The translations under genes and the position numbers were made by a program. From the NCBI GenBank assembly GCA_000320545.1, contig ADNK01002379.1:1-64000 (forward strand): 64,000 nt of DNA, read 5' to 3'. The stretch's first letter is position 1, and each line of letters begins with the position of its first letter. The notes under the pieces were generated by a model. The model ran no database searches, was not told where the DNA came from, and saw nothing but the letters and a program-made list of their open reading frames with translations. This DNA is from Bigelowiella natans CCMP2755. Taxonomy: Eukaryota > Protista > Cercozoa. This document shows, piece after piece, positions 1 through 12,960 of this stretch.

Positions 1-139
1 GAGAGAGAGAGAGAGAGAGAGAGGGGGGGTGGGAGGGGGGAGGGAGAGTGCACAAAATCAGACTCGCATAGACGACAGGAAGTACAGATACAAGACATTG
101 CTGCCGTGACTGCTGCTTATACATCACCATATCCCTTAG

Positions 140-1417
140 GTTGGGCTACTCCCCTCGGTCCTCTTCCGCCTCCTCCTCCTCATCGTCATGGCTGACGCTC
201 GACATCGGTTCCATCCTGCTGTTCCTCGTTGCCGACCTTGCCGTGACGCTGCTGTCGTCCTCCGGCTACAACGAGGACGTGGCAGCCTATTTGGAGAGCT
301 CGTGGGAGATGTCGGACAAACGCGCCGAATTGAGCACATTCGTGTGGGAGACGCGTGTGCAGGCTGTCAGTAGGGATAGGCAGATGATGGCGCAGGAGGT
401 GTATAAGAAGCTGCAGCGCGTGCACAAGTCGGTCACGGGGGAGTTCACCTTCGTCGACGAGGAGGTGTGGCCGACCCCTCGCCACGAGAGCTTCGAGCAA
501 TCGAAGCGCGATGCGAAGGCGGCTTACCTGGAGAAGCACAACGCGCTGAATCTTGCGCGCGAGAGGATATTGAAGTCGGCACGATTCACTCGCCTGCGCC
601 GGCGCCGCCGTAGCAGCTTGCTGCGTCCCTCCTCCGCACTGGCCACAACCCGCCGTGCCACAATCACATCTGCGGAGGCGTTTCGAATGGCGGGGGGGGG
701 AGGGGGCATGAGGAGTAGTAGCAGCCAAAATCATCGTTACGGTGCCATCACCTCCCCGCAGCAGCCATCATCGCTGCAGAAGGCTCGCACATTCACAAGC
801 GGCAGCACTGACCGGAAGCACATAGGCGGCGACGGCAGTCGGTCTCAACGAAGAGAAGAGACGATGACGATGGCGCCAATGAACGAGCCGCTGCCTAGCA
901 GAGGCCACGGGGAGATCTACACCATCCTCGTCCTGCTCACATCGGACAGATATTCTCTCGTGACGATGACAATACCGGGCAGCGTGCTTTCCATGCGCGC
1001 CCACACGCCTATCTCTACGGTAGAAGCACTAGTATTAGTATTAGTAGTAGTAGTAGTAGTAGTAGCAGTTGTACTTATTGTTGTAGTAGTAGTAGTAGTG
1101 TTCGCATTATATGTCACGGTGGTAATATGGTGGCGAATGTGTCTACTGTAACTGGCTCCCCTCCCCACCCCTCCCCCCTCAGGATCCCGCTCCAATGTCG
1201 TCGGAGAACTTCGGCGTGGATAAGGGAAAGCGATATATTTGGGCAGATAGCGGCTGTTCTGGCGTCTTTGAAGTGACGTTCAGGCATAAGCATAACTACC
1301 CGCTCCCCTGGCCTTTCGCGGAGGCACGGAATCCGAAAATGTACGTGGGGTTAGGGGGGCTACTTGGCGGTACTCGCCATCATCTTTAGGCGAGTCTTTG
1401 TGGTCAACGATGTATGC

Positions 1418-1496
<79 letters not shown>

Positions 1497-2426
1497 AGAG
1501 AGAGAGAGAGAGAATGCTCAGATTGTATTGATGTAGTGAATGGCTGCATGATGACGACGACACCGTTGTCCAAAGTAATGTTCTACTACCCAATGTTGGC
1601 TTGGCAGATACGATCGATTCTACGGCTCGGATCAGTCGATGTGGGGGGGCAGCAACTACGGAAGCTACAATCACAATAGCGACGGCCATGGAGACCGCCA
1701 TGACCGCGACACGAAAGAAGACGACGATGAACTGCTCTTGCTCTCAGCGCAGGCTGAGGCCCCCATTGTGCGGCCTAATTTGCTTTGTTAAGCACCTATC
1801 TTAACAGTGCAGTAATGCCGATATTCTAACATTTCTATCTATTTCTCCGCCCCCCCCCCCCCCCAAACCTTCCCCTTTTTTTTTGCCTCGTCTAGGTTAA
1901 TCGGCACGTCTATCTAAGCGACTGGACGCGACTAGAAACTGTGCGGGACGGCATCATCGCTGCTTCCGTGAAGTGGGGGGATCGTGGCACTGCGGATGTA
2001 ACACGGATGCTACGTGACATCGTAGGCGCTGCGGGGGAGCTTCTAATCACTGAGCACTTGGTAGCAAACTGTACAAACGACATATGACGGCGACGATGAC
2101 GATGACGATGACCTTCGTATGAGCAGGTATTCAGCATTGCTCGGCGGGCGGCGGCGGAGCTAGTTCGCATCCAAAACTTGAAGAGCGAGAGCGCATGCAG
2201 CAACAGTAGCGGGGGGGGGCTGGGAGTAGGTGGTGGCGACGCGAAGGTGAAGAAAAAAAAGTCAAGGAAACGGCGTTTGCGGCCAGAGGATATCTTGGAG
2301 GGAGAGCCTCGGGAAGACTTCTTCCTCGCGCAACTAGACATCGCATATCGATTCAAGGGCGAGAAACGAGAGGTCACGATTAAAGCCGGGGAGGAAAAGG
2401 TCGCTCGCTTAGAAATTGTAGCAGCT

Positions 2427-2460
<34 letters not shown>

Positions 2461-3101
2461 TAGTAGTGCTCTTGATGAGCGGTTGATGACGACGACGATG
2501 ATGATGATGATGATGATGATGGCGATAACCTCGCAGAAGCATGGGGAATCGATCATGACCGGCGCCCCTGGGTCGTTCTTCCCCAAGCAAAAGGGCTCAT
2601 TCGCAATCTCCCTTCGCCGTTTGCACGCCTGGACAAGGCTGTTCCTCCTCCGCTGGATCGACGTTGCAATGTGCACCGAGCCCGAGCCCGCTGCTGCTGC
2701 GACGGCAGCGGCGATGATGACGATGATGGCCGCGACGTCTAGGGAGCCTACTGGCGAGGGAGCGGACGCGTCGCCGCCCTCCATTGAGCCTTCGAGTGCT
2801 GGTGGCGCTGCTGCGAACAGTGCCAAGAAGAAGAAGAAGGAGAAGAAGAAAAGACAGACGAAGGCGACCAACGCCAGAAGCAAAGAGGGAGGGGAGGAGG
2901 CCGCTGCTCCTAAGACGCCGCTCGATCACAAGGCCGTCATCTCACCCGAATCGACGGTTTCGAAGGACGGAAAAGGGGGAGGAGCCAAGGCCTCCACCGT
3001 GAACAACCCTGACCCGAGTCTCTCCGGCAGTATTAGAGCGGCATGGGTATGAAGATGCAGCATAAAATCAGATATTGATATATGCATATATAAATAATTA
3101 G

Positions 3102-3143
<42 letters not shown>

Positions 3144-5508
3144 TTCAAACTATTGTCGTTTTGGTTCGATCGTGGGCAGCTGTAATGATAGAAGCCATAG
3201 TAGCTTACAGTTTCATATATGCGGCAATGGCCAACGCGCACCACCAGCATCATTTCCATCCACCAACCACCATCTACCTTTACCCTCGCGTGTCTCTTCT
3301 CATCACCCTTTTTAAAAAAAAGGTGCGTCTGGCCAAGATGAGCTCGCTGCAGATTATGTGCACAGCAGTCATGTCGAGGACTAAATGGCTCTGCTTCGTC
3401 GCGATTTTGCTAAATCTGGTACAAAACCCCACGTTCCTCGCTCTGTGCCCTACCTTGGCCGTGCTTGGATATGGGATCTTCCAATACCCGCGTCCAAAGA
3501 AGGACTTCTGGCGGCTGCTGCTCGCCTACTACGGCATCTCGATATTCTCCAAGTTCGGTTTCCAGCTCGGTTTCTTCTGCATATCCAGCATTGATATGGG
3601 CTACAAGGTATTATTATCACCACTAACTCTCTACTTCGCGAATGCAAATCCCCACATCGCCCCGACGTTGTATTTCGATTTTCCTCCTCCTCGTTAATAC
3701 CCGCCGGGGGGGGGGTTGTTCTTGCTTCCCGGCACATCGTCGATTAATTAATGAAACGTTCTCCAATTTCTGCCCCCCCCCTCCCCCCCCCCCCCCTTCC
3801 CCTCTCCCTCACGCATTGAATCCTGTTTCAGCTCGCGCCCGACCCCGGATGTTTTGATACGTCGGTGTCTGGATTCCACGTGTTCGGCATCTACAAGACC
3901 CCGTCTACCCATGCGTTTCTGTGGTACGTCAGCGGCGATCTTGCTGTCGTTTTCGTTCTTTTGCTGCACCGCCATATGGTCATCGCAAGGGGCCTCTGGG
4001 ACCGGACAGAGATCGAGGTGAGGGCAAAATAACAACAACAACAATAATAATGATAATGATAATGGTCTTACGAAAGATGACGATGACGCTTACGGTGGTG
4101 GCGGTGGTGGTGGTGCTATAGCTCTCTTCTTCTTCTTCTTCTTCTTCTTCTTCTTCTTCTCCTTCTTGATTATGGATCCTTCCTCCTACCCCTTCATCAC
4201 CCTAACCCACTCTCGACTTTCCTTCAGGTGTACAAGGAAGAGCCGCTCGAGGAGGACGACGTAGAAGAAATGAGCGGCGGAGTGGACGGAAACAGCAACC
4301 AAAGGAACAAGAGCGCAGCCGTGGCTTCGGCTCCTGCTACACCCACACGACCGCAGAGAGACACCAAAAAGAACGCAAAGAAGTTGTCAAAACACGCGGT
4401 CGTCGCAGCACCTGCCGCTGCTGCTTCCTCGCCGCTGGATAGGGAAAAGAGCGGTAGTAGTGGCAGTAGGAATAGCAAGCGCAAAGTGACCGGCAGCAAC
4501 AACGATAATAATAGCAAGTTTGAGAGTGTGGCGTCTCCAATTGTCGGATGGGCTCGCGGCGGTATCAAAGGTCTGATGAACTGCTTATTAGCAATTGTCT
4601 CCCTCCCCCCCCCCCTCTCTCTCTATCTATAAATCTATCTCCCTGGCCATCTATAGCATCTTAACACCCGCGCGGACGCGGAAGGCATGAAGTTTTAGAA
4701 TTTGCCTGCATCCCATTCTACGCATGTTCTATACTGCAGAGCACATTTTCCATTGCTATCGTCTCCCCTCACCTTCTTCTTCCTTTATCTCCCCCCCCCC
4801 CCCCCCTCCCTTCCCCAGGATGCCTGAATCGCATAGAGACCGAATTGTTCGGCGAGATGGGGCTAGGGATGGAGAAGAAGAAGGGCGTGATCCCAGGAAA
4901 AGACTACTTCGCCGGCGGCTTCGTCTTGGAGCTGCTGAGCGCCGTGATGATCGTTCTGACCTACTCGGACCTGGTGGGAGAGAGGAAGACACTCGGCCAG
5001 AGCCTCACCTCCAACCGGTTCTCCGGAGACATGGTGATCTGCTTTTTCATCCAGCTGCTGTTCGTCATCCTGGACCGCGTCGTGTACCTCTCGCAGTCCA
5101 TCATCCTCAAGATGGCGCTGCACTACGGCTCGATGTGGTACTGGCTCAGCCAGATACTGTGGGTGTGGCCCAAGAGCTCCTCCCTCCTCATCCAGAACAA
5201 CCTGCTGCTCAAGATGTTCCTGCTGCTCAAGCTCATCGGCTTCCTCTTCTCGGCGCTGCAGATCCACTACGGGTATCCGCACGGGGGCCGGGTGCGGCAG
5301 TTTCACCAAGTGCCAGGCGTCTACAGCGGGATGTTGTTCAAAGCGTACAGGTACTACTGATGGGGGGGGGGGATGGGGGGGGGGTCTACTTCGAAAAATA
5401 CAGCTTCTATCCATCCATTCTCACCATGCGGCACGCAGTCCTTTGCATGAGCGTCGCTGCGAATTGATGGCACGATGTTTTTTCGCTTGGCGACTCTTTC
5501 CTCTCGTA

Positions 5509-5544
<36 letters not shown>

Positions 5545-7059
5545 AGATCTTGAGGAGGGGCAGATCTTGCTCATTGTATTTGGAACAACCTGCTGCTATC
5601 AGGGCGATCCCGTTCGCATTCGAGATGCAATCGTTGCTGGACTGGGCCTGCAACACTACGAGTAAGGATAACAACAACAACAACAACGACGACGACGACG
5701 ACAACACCTGCATTTTACTAAAAGCAGAGAAATCAGAGCACATATTTTGTAAAGAAGAAGCAAACGAGGCAAACACAGACAACCGACAAGCAAAAATGAA
5801 AAGCTCATAGAAAACCATCCAAGCGTCACTTTCGTTTCCCATAGACTGTGCTGTCCTGCTACAATAACAACAACAACTACTACTACTACAACTACTACCA
5901 CGCTCAGAGGAGCAGCGACTTTCACTTCGGTGCTATAGTGCGCACACTCTCAAATGTTAATGCTGACAATGATGCTACGGTGTAGGCCTTGACGTGTGGG
6001 AATCATTCACTCTCGACGACATTTACGCGTCAATGTACATCGTCCAGTGCGATATCATCTACAGGAAAAGCCGCCGGAGAGGAGAGCCGCAGCCCCTCTA
6101 CCGAAAACTCACGTCCGGTAATGTAGCCGATATAACTTAGATGAATGGGGGGAAAGGGGGGGGGGGTTAGACTTAGGTTCCTCAATGTACCACTACCACC
6201 TCGCAATCCATCACATCGCTCGCACAATAACAAAAAGCGCTATTGCTACTCCTGCATCTACTCAATATCAGGGTCTTTCCCGTTCCTGGCGCTCGTGTTG
6301 GTGCTTTTTGGGCCTCTGTACCTGTTCAGCAGCGCGAATCCTGCACAGCAAAGCAATAACGTCCTCACCGCCACCCTTGCGGTCAAGATCAACGGCCCGC
6401 TGGGGTCGTACAGCCTCTTCAGCATTCCCTCGGTCTCCTCCATCCGCGACGTGACTGAAACCGAGTTCGCCGCGATGAAGGCGCAGCAGGTGGTGCAGAG
6501 CGACGACAAGCCCACGTCTGTGCAGAGGATAGAGGTCAACCCGTTTTCAGACGATCTCTTCGGCATCTCCCCCCCGGCGCTGCGGCAGCTGATATCCACG
6601 CTCAACGACACCGAGAGGTTCCCGCTGATGACGATGGAGACCGTGTTTGCCTTCACTCGCCCAGGCCCGAGCACCCTCAAGACGATTGTTGGGTCGCACA
6701 AGCTGCCGCTCAAAGACCGGTATTCGCCGCCGTCGTCGTTGTCGTCGTTGTTATTGTTGTTGGTGTTGCTCTCGTCAGTCGCTGTCGTCGATGATTTCGG
6801 TATCATCGTCGTTCCAGCACCCATTTGTCCATTTATCAAGCCCCCGCTACTATTATTACTACTACTCTACTACTCTACTACTCTACTACTACTCTACTAC
6901 TCTACTACTACTACTACTACTACTACTGCTACTACTCCTGTCATCGTTTGATACGGTCGTCAATGGAATGATTGATAAAGAGTAGCTCTGAAGCGTCTCC
7001 CCATTAAAGCCCGTAGTATCTCCCGTTACCTTACTTTCCCTTTCTTTCTCCCCCCCCCC

Positions 7060-7091
<32 letters not shown>

Positions 7092-7447
7092 TTCACCAGG
7101 CATCGCGCAGAGATTGCGAGCCTTCTTAAGCCCCACTCAGGCAAGCGTAAGCTGCATCTTCCGCGACTAATTCCTGTGTTTTTGCGACTCCCTGCGACTG
7201 GGGATATATCGGTTATCGGCGAAGCCAACGCCATTTCCGGCGCAGATATTAGACTCGAAAAGGTCAGCTGAAATAAAAGAAAACAATGACCTCCGCCCCG
7301 CCCCCTTCCCTTTCTCTCTCGTACTGAGTGTTTATATTCCGAAAGTTAAAAGGCCGTAATGTAAAATACACCAGTGTGTGGTTATTCACTGTCCAATAAG
7401 GCTCTCTCTGACGTGATCGCGCCAACCATCATCATCATCATCATCGT

Positions 7448-7478
<31 letters not shown>

Positions 7479-8860
7479 GTTGTTGTTGTTGTTGCACAGG
7501 ACAAGACGACAGACGCTGAATACTGGTCAGTGTGCGCATCGCGCGCAGATGAAGGCGGTGGCCAGCTGCACAATAACGACGATGAAAGAACTTCCCGAGC
7601 ATCAGCTTCAACGTCTCTATCAAATACCCCATCGTCTCCTTCATCCTCCTACTCTTCAGTCGCCTCTTCCTTCACCTCCCCTCCCTCCTCCTCCTCTTCT
7701 TCCAAATCATGGTGGTGGAGTAAGAAAGGCAAGGCGCAGAAAGGGGGGAGAGAGGAGGAGGATGCATTTAGCGATCCCTTGGTATGTGGGTAGCAAGGGA
7801 GGGGGGGAAGGGAAAAACAAATACAATTTATTCGGTGATTATGTTGTTCTCGCGATTTGGGTAAGTAGGCCTTTCTTGTATGCACGAAGCACTGAGAGTT
7901 TTATGCGCAAAAATAAATAATAAACGATACGGGAAAGAAGTGAAACGGCCGCGACGGCAAGAAGCTGCGTTTTCAGCCTAAGTTTCGCAGGGCGTTTCAG
8001 TTTCAGGCGCCATTCCAAGATTCAGCCTGATTAGGATAGTATACCATCGCATGCAATGCTAATTGATTTCGGGAGAGTTGACCGAAACGCGGGGCGAAGT
8101 CCCTGTGCAGATAGATATTCGTTGACCTTTGGAATGCTGCTGCTGCTACTGCCATACAACTCTCTTCGTATTTTAGATGTTGGAAGTGATCGAAGACCTC
8201 GGCGGCCGCACGCCGCCCCCCACCCTAAAACCCACCAGCAGCGCGTGGAACACTCTCTTCTACAGCTCCAGCATCGGTAGTGGCAAAGAAGAGAAAGGAA
8301 GAACGCCGGGGGGGGAGGAAAAGAAGAAAAAGAACAAGAAGAGGCAGCAGAAGAACAAGGATGCGAAGAAGGAAGAGGATGAAGAGAATCGTGCAAGCAC
8401 GTCTACATCGTCATTGTCGTCAAGGGCAGCGCGCGCTGCATCATCGCCACCGCCCACTAACAAGCCCGCTGCGGAGCCGAAGCCGCAGCCGACGCTAAGG
8501 CCTACTACCAGGCCGAAGAAGAAAGGGAAGAACAGGAACGACCCTCCTCCTCCTTCAAATGAGGGGGCCAAGGGGGCGGGGGGGGGAAGTAGCAGCGGTG
8601 GGAGCAAGGAGCAGAAGAAGAAGACCGACGGCCCTGGCAAAAAGAAAGCAGGAGAGAAGAATCACGATACGTCGGCCTCCTCAGCCTCTTCTTCTTCTTC
8701 TTCTTCTTCTTCTTCTTCTTCCACTTCGAGCGATTCATACTGTCGTGGTCCGCACTTCTACACCATTTCCAACCCCATCTTCCCAGAACTGGGCGGCACG
8801 AGCTACTCTATCATCGGGCTCTATGTCACGGTGGTCCTAGCCGTTGGCAGGTGCGTGTTT

Positions 8861-8898
<38 letters not shown>

Positions 8899-9447
8899 TT
8901 GTATCCTGGAAAGCGCTAGTTGGCGTGTTGTGCAATCGGCGGTTGGCAATGGTAAGATAGGCTGATATTGGTAGATGTGAATAAATTATGTGTCTCTGTC
9001 TCCTCTCACGCCCCCCCCCCCACCACTCACGCTTCTCTAATTCATTGTTTAGATTTGTCCGGTTGTCGTTCTCCGGCCAGCTGGATCGAGTGATTTATGA
9101 GCAGTTACACGAGGTGAGGAAGAGAGGAGGAAAGGAGAGCGGAATCTTGATTATGGACCAACACATGAACATGAGAATGTGTCTTCTTACACCGAAACAA
9201 AATGCTGTTTTAAAAGATAACAAACTCGTTAGGTCGATGATCTGGTCGACTACTGCGAAGTCGTATATATCGCAAGGTGCGCCTGATGACCGAGTGCTCG
9301 GTTTCTGATGATGATGATGATGATGATGATGATGTTGATGATGACGGTGATGGTGATGATGATGGTGAAACGCACAAGCACAGGCACATGCGTACTTACC
9401 CTTTTCCGGAAGCTCCGACAGCGACTCGCCTAATGCCCTTGTTTCTC

Positions 9448-9491
<44 letters not shown>

Positions 9492-9635
9492 ACTTGGTGC
9501 GCTCAGATATAGCTTGCAATACGAGATGGAGGAGGAGCTCTACCGAAAACTGGTAAAGATCTTCCGGACGCCCGACCTACTCATCAAATTAACAAGGTGC
9601 TACAGCTTTTGCCCCCTGTGTGTGAGTGAGTGAGT

Positions 9636-9671
<36 letters not shown>

Positions 9672-9776
9672 TGTTTGTGTCTATGCGGCTGAACATGATG
9701 CAACATATCCTGTTTCAGACGCCGAGATGTGCCCAAAAGTACGAATTCTCAAAAGCGTCGAATAAAAGTAGAATAA
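140..9776 (+). CDS. PIEZO: Piezo-family mechanosensitive channel, multi-exon, 5' part outside the window
   Basis: Spliced exons give Piezo hallmark segments: GIFQYPRPKKDFWRLL..FSKFGFQLGFF (3470-3580), ILDRVVYL..SALQIHYGYP (5060-5280), YRAIPFAFEMQSLLDWACNTT (5340-5660), LFGPLYLFSSANP (~6300), YSIIGLYVTVVLAVGR|FVR (8800-9060) and EEELYRKLVKIFRTPDLLIKLTR (9530-9596). Stop TAA at 9774-9776. GT-AG introns are full of microsatellites. Confidence 0.93.
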
Positions 9777-9899
9777 ATGTTAACGTTGCCAAAAAAAAAA
9801 AAGGGAAAATACGTGCGGGCGGAAATTATTAGCACAAAAAAGTTCCAGCGTTAGAATAGTACACGAAACGGGGCAGGGCGCGCGTGGATGTGCGCGCGC

Positions 9900-10775
9900 T
9901 CGTCTAGAGTTACATTTTATCTCGCTTCGTTTACAACATGTAATCATCATCTAGTTGTTTAGTATATTTAGTATCTACATCGCATATCTGGACATGGACA
10001 TGTTGATCTGTATCATCCATTTGTACACTCGACTACAATGTAATAACTGCGTTCGTAGCCCATTACATCCAAGTGACAAATGTTTCTAAAGATCGGATGG
10101 TTGGATGCCTGTTATGTGTGCTTGTAATTTATTGAACATTAGCGTCATGCACAATTGTACGTTGCGGTGCTCAATCTATATTGCTAGATTGCGATGCTGT
10201 CCGTGCACTAACAATTTCAGAATTGTTTGCGCGCGCTCACTTGCGATGCTGGCTTGTGAAATGACTATCACACTGCGCTAGACTGCACGCAATGCTAGAT
10301 CGAATGGTGGAATAGTTTAATAAATCTCATACAGAGCTAGAGAGGGCAAGATCTAGAGAAAGTAGCCGTAAACATCGCTAGATCGGCTACTGCGTCATCT
10401 ACATGCCATTATGTCTAGATGTGATGCGGGCGTCTCTTAGGCACATACACGCACACATCTTGACGATTATAGACGTGACTGCTAGTACTAGAGTGTGGAA
10501 GTAGTTTCTATATGTGTCTATCTAGATGGACGTGCCTATCATTGTGATGGAGATCAAATTGCCTCACTATGCAATGCGCCTAACATCATTAGCATCATTT
10601 CTCGATCGCAGACATTTGTTGATCCACATGCATTTGGCGCCAACATTCATGAGCACAAAATTAATCATGCACTTTTAGGTATGGTAGTTGCGTAGTTGCA
10701 TAGCTAGATAGTTATAGTCATGACAAATAAGTCTATTAAATCCGAATTCGAGTAATCATGTTCACGACATCTAGA
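9900..10775. other. CTAG/CATG/TGCA-rich convergent intergenic island (Piezo >< HNH)
   Basis: About 14 CTAG counted by eye in ~870 nt. Confidence 0.75.
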
Positions 10776-10783
10776 CATCCCAA

Positions 10784-11344
10784 TCAAGACCAAATCTTAA
10801 ATGCGGCATTAGAACGTATGCTCCCGTCCTTGTTGAGTACCAGATCTCCGCTACGCACTGCAGCGCTACGGCGATCAATTCCTCCCCCCTTGCGCACCAT
10901 TACGCCCTTTGTTTTCAACACACGAACTCCCTGGCTATAATTTTGAGATCCTGTTTTGCCTTCATAACTTCCGTGCTTTCGGCTCAATCGTGCGGCATCA
11001 CAAGCCCGCTTCTTCCCCACCAGAGCGGAATTGAGAGCCATACCGAGTTGCGAGTCGCCAATCGCACGATTGAGGCGCTTGTCGAACATGAAAACGTTTT
11101 CAGTCGCGTTGATCCCTCCCTTGTTTGAGGCGATGATATGCGAGACGTCTGAATCCTTATGGAGCGTCTTATCGGTGAAGGCTGAGCGGTACCGTTGGCG
11201 GAATCGGTCATCTTGTTGTGAGCGATCGCCACGGTCGAGGTCCAGGCCCCAACCCTTAGCCATTGCCGACACGGGCTTGCGCCCGGCATAGGTCTTGAAC
11301 TCGTGCGGAAACATGTATTTCGCGTTATTTCTTTCGTAGCTCAT
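10784..11344 (-). CDS. Intronless HNH-type (His-Me finger) nuclease-like protein, ~186 aa, with C-terminal K-x-x-G-x-x-D-x-R-type basic motifs
   Basis: DSDVSHIIASNKGGINATENVFMFDKRLNRAIGD fits the D-x-x-H-I-I-x4-GG-x5-N...N HNH core. The C-terminus carries RKGGGIDRRS and NKDGSIRS. Likely ATG at 11344 (MSYERN); the ORF track extends to 11605. Confidence 0.65.
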   Translation of the reverse strand: MSYERNNAKYMFPHEFKTYAGRKPVSAMAKGWGLDLDRGDRSQQDDRFRQRYRSAFTDKTLHKDSDVSHIIASNKGGINATENVFMFDKRLNRAIGDSQLGMALNSALVGKKRACDAARLSRKHGSYEGKTGSQNYSQGVRVLKTKGVMVRKGGGIDRRSAAVRSGDLVLNKDGSIRSNAAFKIWS

Positions 11345-12109
11345 AGTCAATGTTAGATGGATAATGATGTCTTCGCTTGCAGGCAAAATGATGCTTGCCG
11401 TTTTGATTCGGCTCGGTCGCGAGCAGAAAGAAGAAAGAAACTTTCTCAGAAAAAAATCCTCGTTATGCAGATCTCCTCGTCTAGATTTAGGGATTTTTGA
11501 CGAGCTAATTTTTCCAGTTGGTACATGTACCTTGTCGCAGCTGTAAATTGCCCTCCTACAGTGCATGTTTTCTGGGTAACGACATCGTGCGCGCAGCGAC
11601 TTCATGGAGACGACCCATGTTGGGATTGGGGTTGCTTATTGAGTACTATTCTCTGCATCAGATCAAGTGGAGGAATTAGTGACTAAGCAGCTTTGCAACG
11701 AATAGGAGAGGTGAGGATAGTTCTTTACTAAATCATTATTGATAAATTAGGCTCCGCCTTCCAACGCTCCAGTTCCGACCGAACACACGCGACGGCAGCA
11801 GCTATTGTCGTAGTAAGCTCAAACACTTGGGTCTTCATCTTCTTGTGCCCCCCCTTTCACCCCAAATTCCGCTTCGACTGCGAGACAGGAAGGATTCGGC
11901 CTGGATTTGCACTTGGAAATGATTCAAACAGAAATATCTAACAACTATGTTGATGAACTGAATGAATTAAAATACACAGGACCTGTTAAAAGCAATGGAG
12001 AACCAGACAAAAGACAATTTTCATGGAAACAATACATGAAAAGAAAAAATGAGTTAGAATCAAAAATAGAAGCACAAAACGAGAAGCTGTTGGAGGTTTA
12101 CAAGAAGGG

Positions 12110-12960
12110 CGATGCCTCCATCGCAAAGCTCTTAATCGACAGAAAGGCAAACATTGAGGCCAAAGACAATCATGACTACACCCCTCTCATGTGGACAAGT
12201 CAGCAAGGCCACACCTCTGTGGCAAAGCTCTTGATCGATGAAGGTGCGAATCTTGAGGCGAAAACAAATTATGGCTTTACCTCTCTCATCTGGGCAAGTC
12301 AGGAAGGTTGCGCCTCCATGGCAAAGCTCTTGATCGAGAAAGGGGCAAACCTTGAGGCAAAAACCGAATTTGGCAACACTCCCCTCATCTGGGCTTGTGT
12401 GAGTGGTCACACCGACACTGCAAAGCTCTTGATCGAGAAAAGGGCAAACCTTGAGGCAAAAACCGAATTTGGCAACACTCCCCTCATATGTGCTTGTGAG
12501 AAAGGTCACACCGACACTGCAAAGCTCTTGATCGAGAAAGGGGCAAAGCCTTGAGGCGAAAACAGATGATGGCTTTACCTCTCTCATATAGGCTAGTCAT
12601 CGAGACCACCCCGACATTGCAAAGCTCTTGATCGAAAAAGGTGCAAATCTTGAGGCAAAAGACGATAATGACAATACCCCTCTCATCTGGGCAAGTCAGG
12701 AAGGTTACACCTCCATGGCAAAGCTCTTGATCGAGAAAGGGGCAAACCTTGAGGCAAAAACCGAATTTAGCAATACTCCCCTCATCTGGGCTTGTGAGAA
12801 TTGTCACACCGACACTGCAAAGCTCTTGATCGAGAAAGGAGCAAACATTGAGGCGAAAGATCAGCATGGTAAGACCCCTCTAGTCTTGGGAAGTCATGGA
12901 GGCCACATCGACATCGCAAAGCTCTTGATCGAGAAAAAAGCAAATCTTTTTGTTGAGGCT
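12110..12960 (+). repeat. 99-bp-period tandem ankyrin-coding repeats, near-identical at DNA level
   Basis: The core gcaaagctcttgatcga recurs every ~99 nt; the 12320-12440 and 12716-12836 units are almost identical. Confidence 0.9.

Noticed and set aside
12110-12960. Regularly spaced repeats as a CRISPR-like array
   Set aside because: The 99-bp period is in frame, encodes ankyrin repeats and has no unique spacers.
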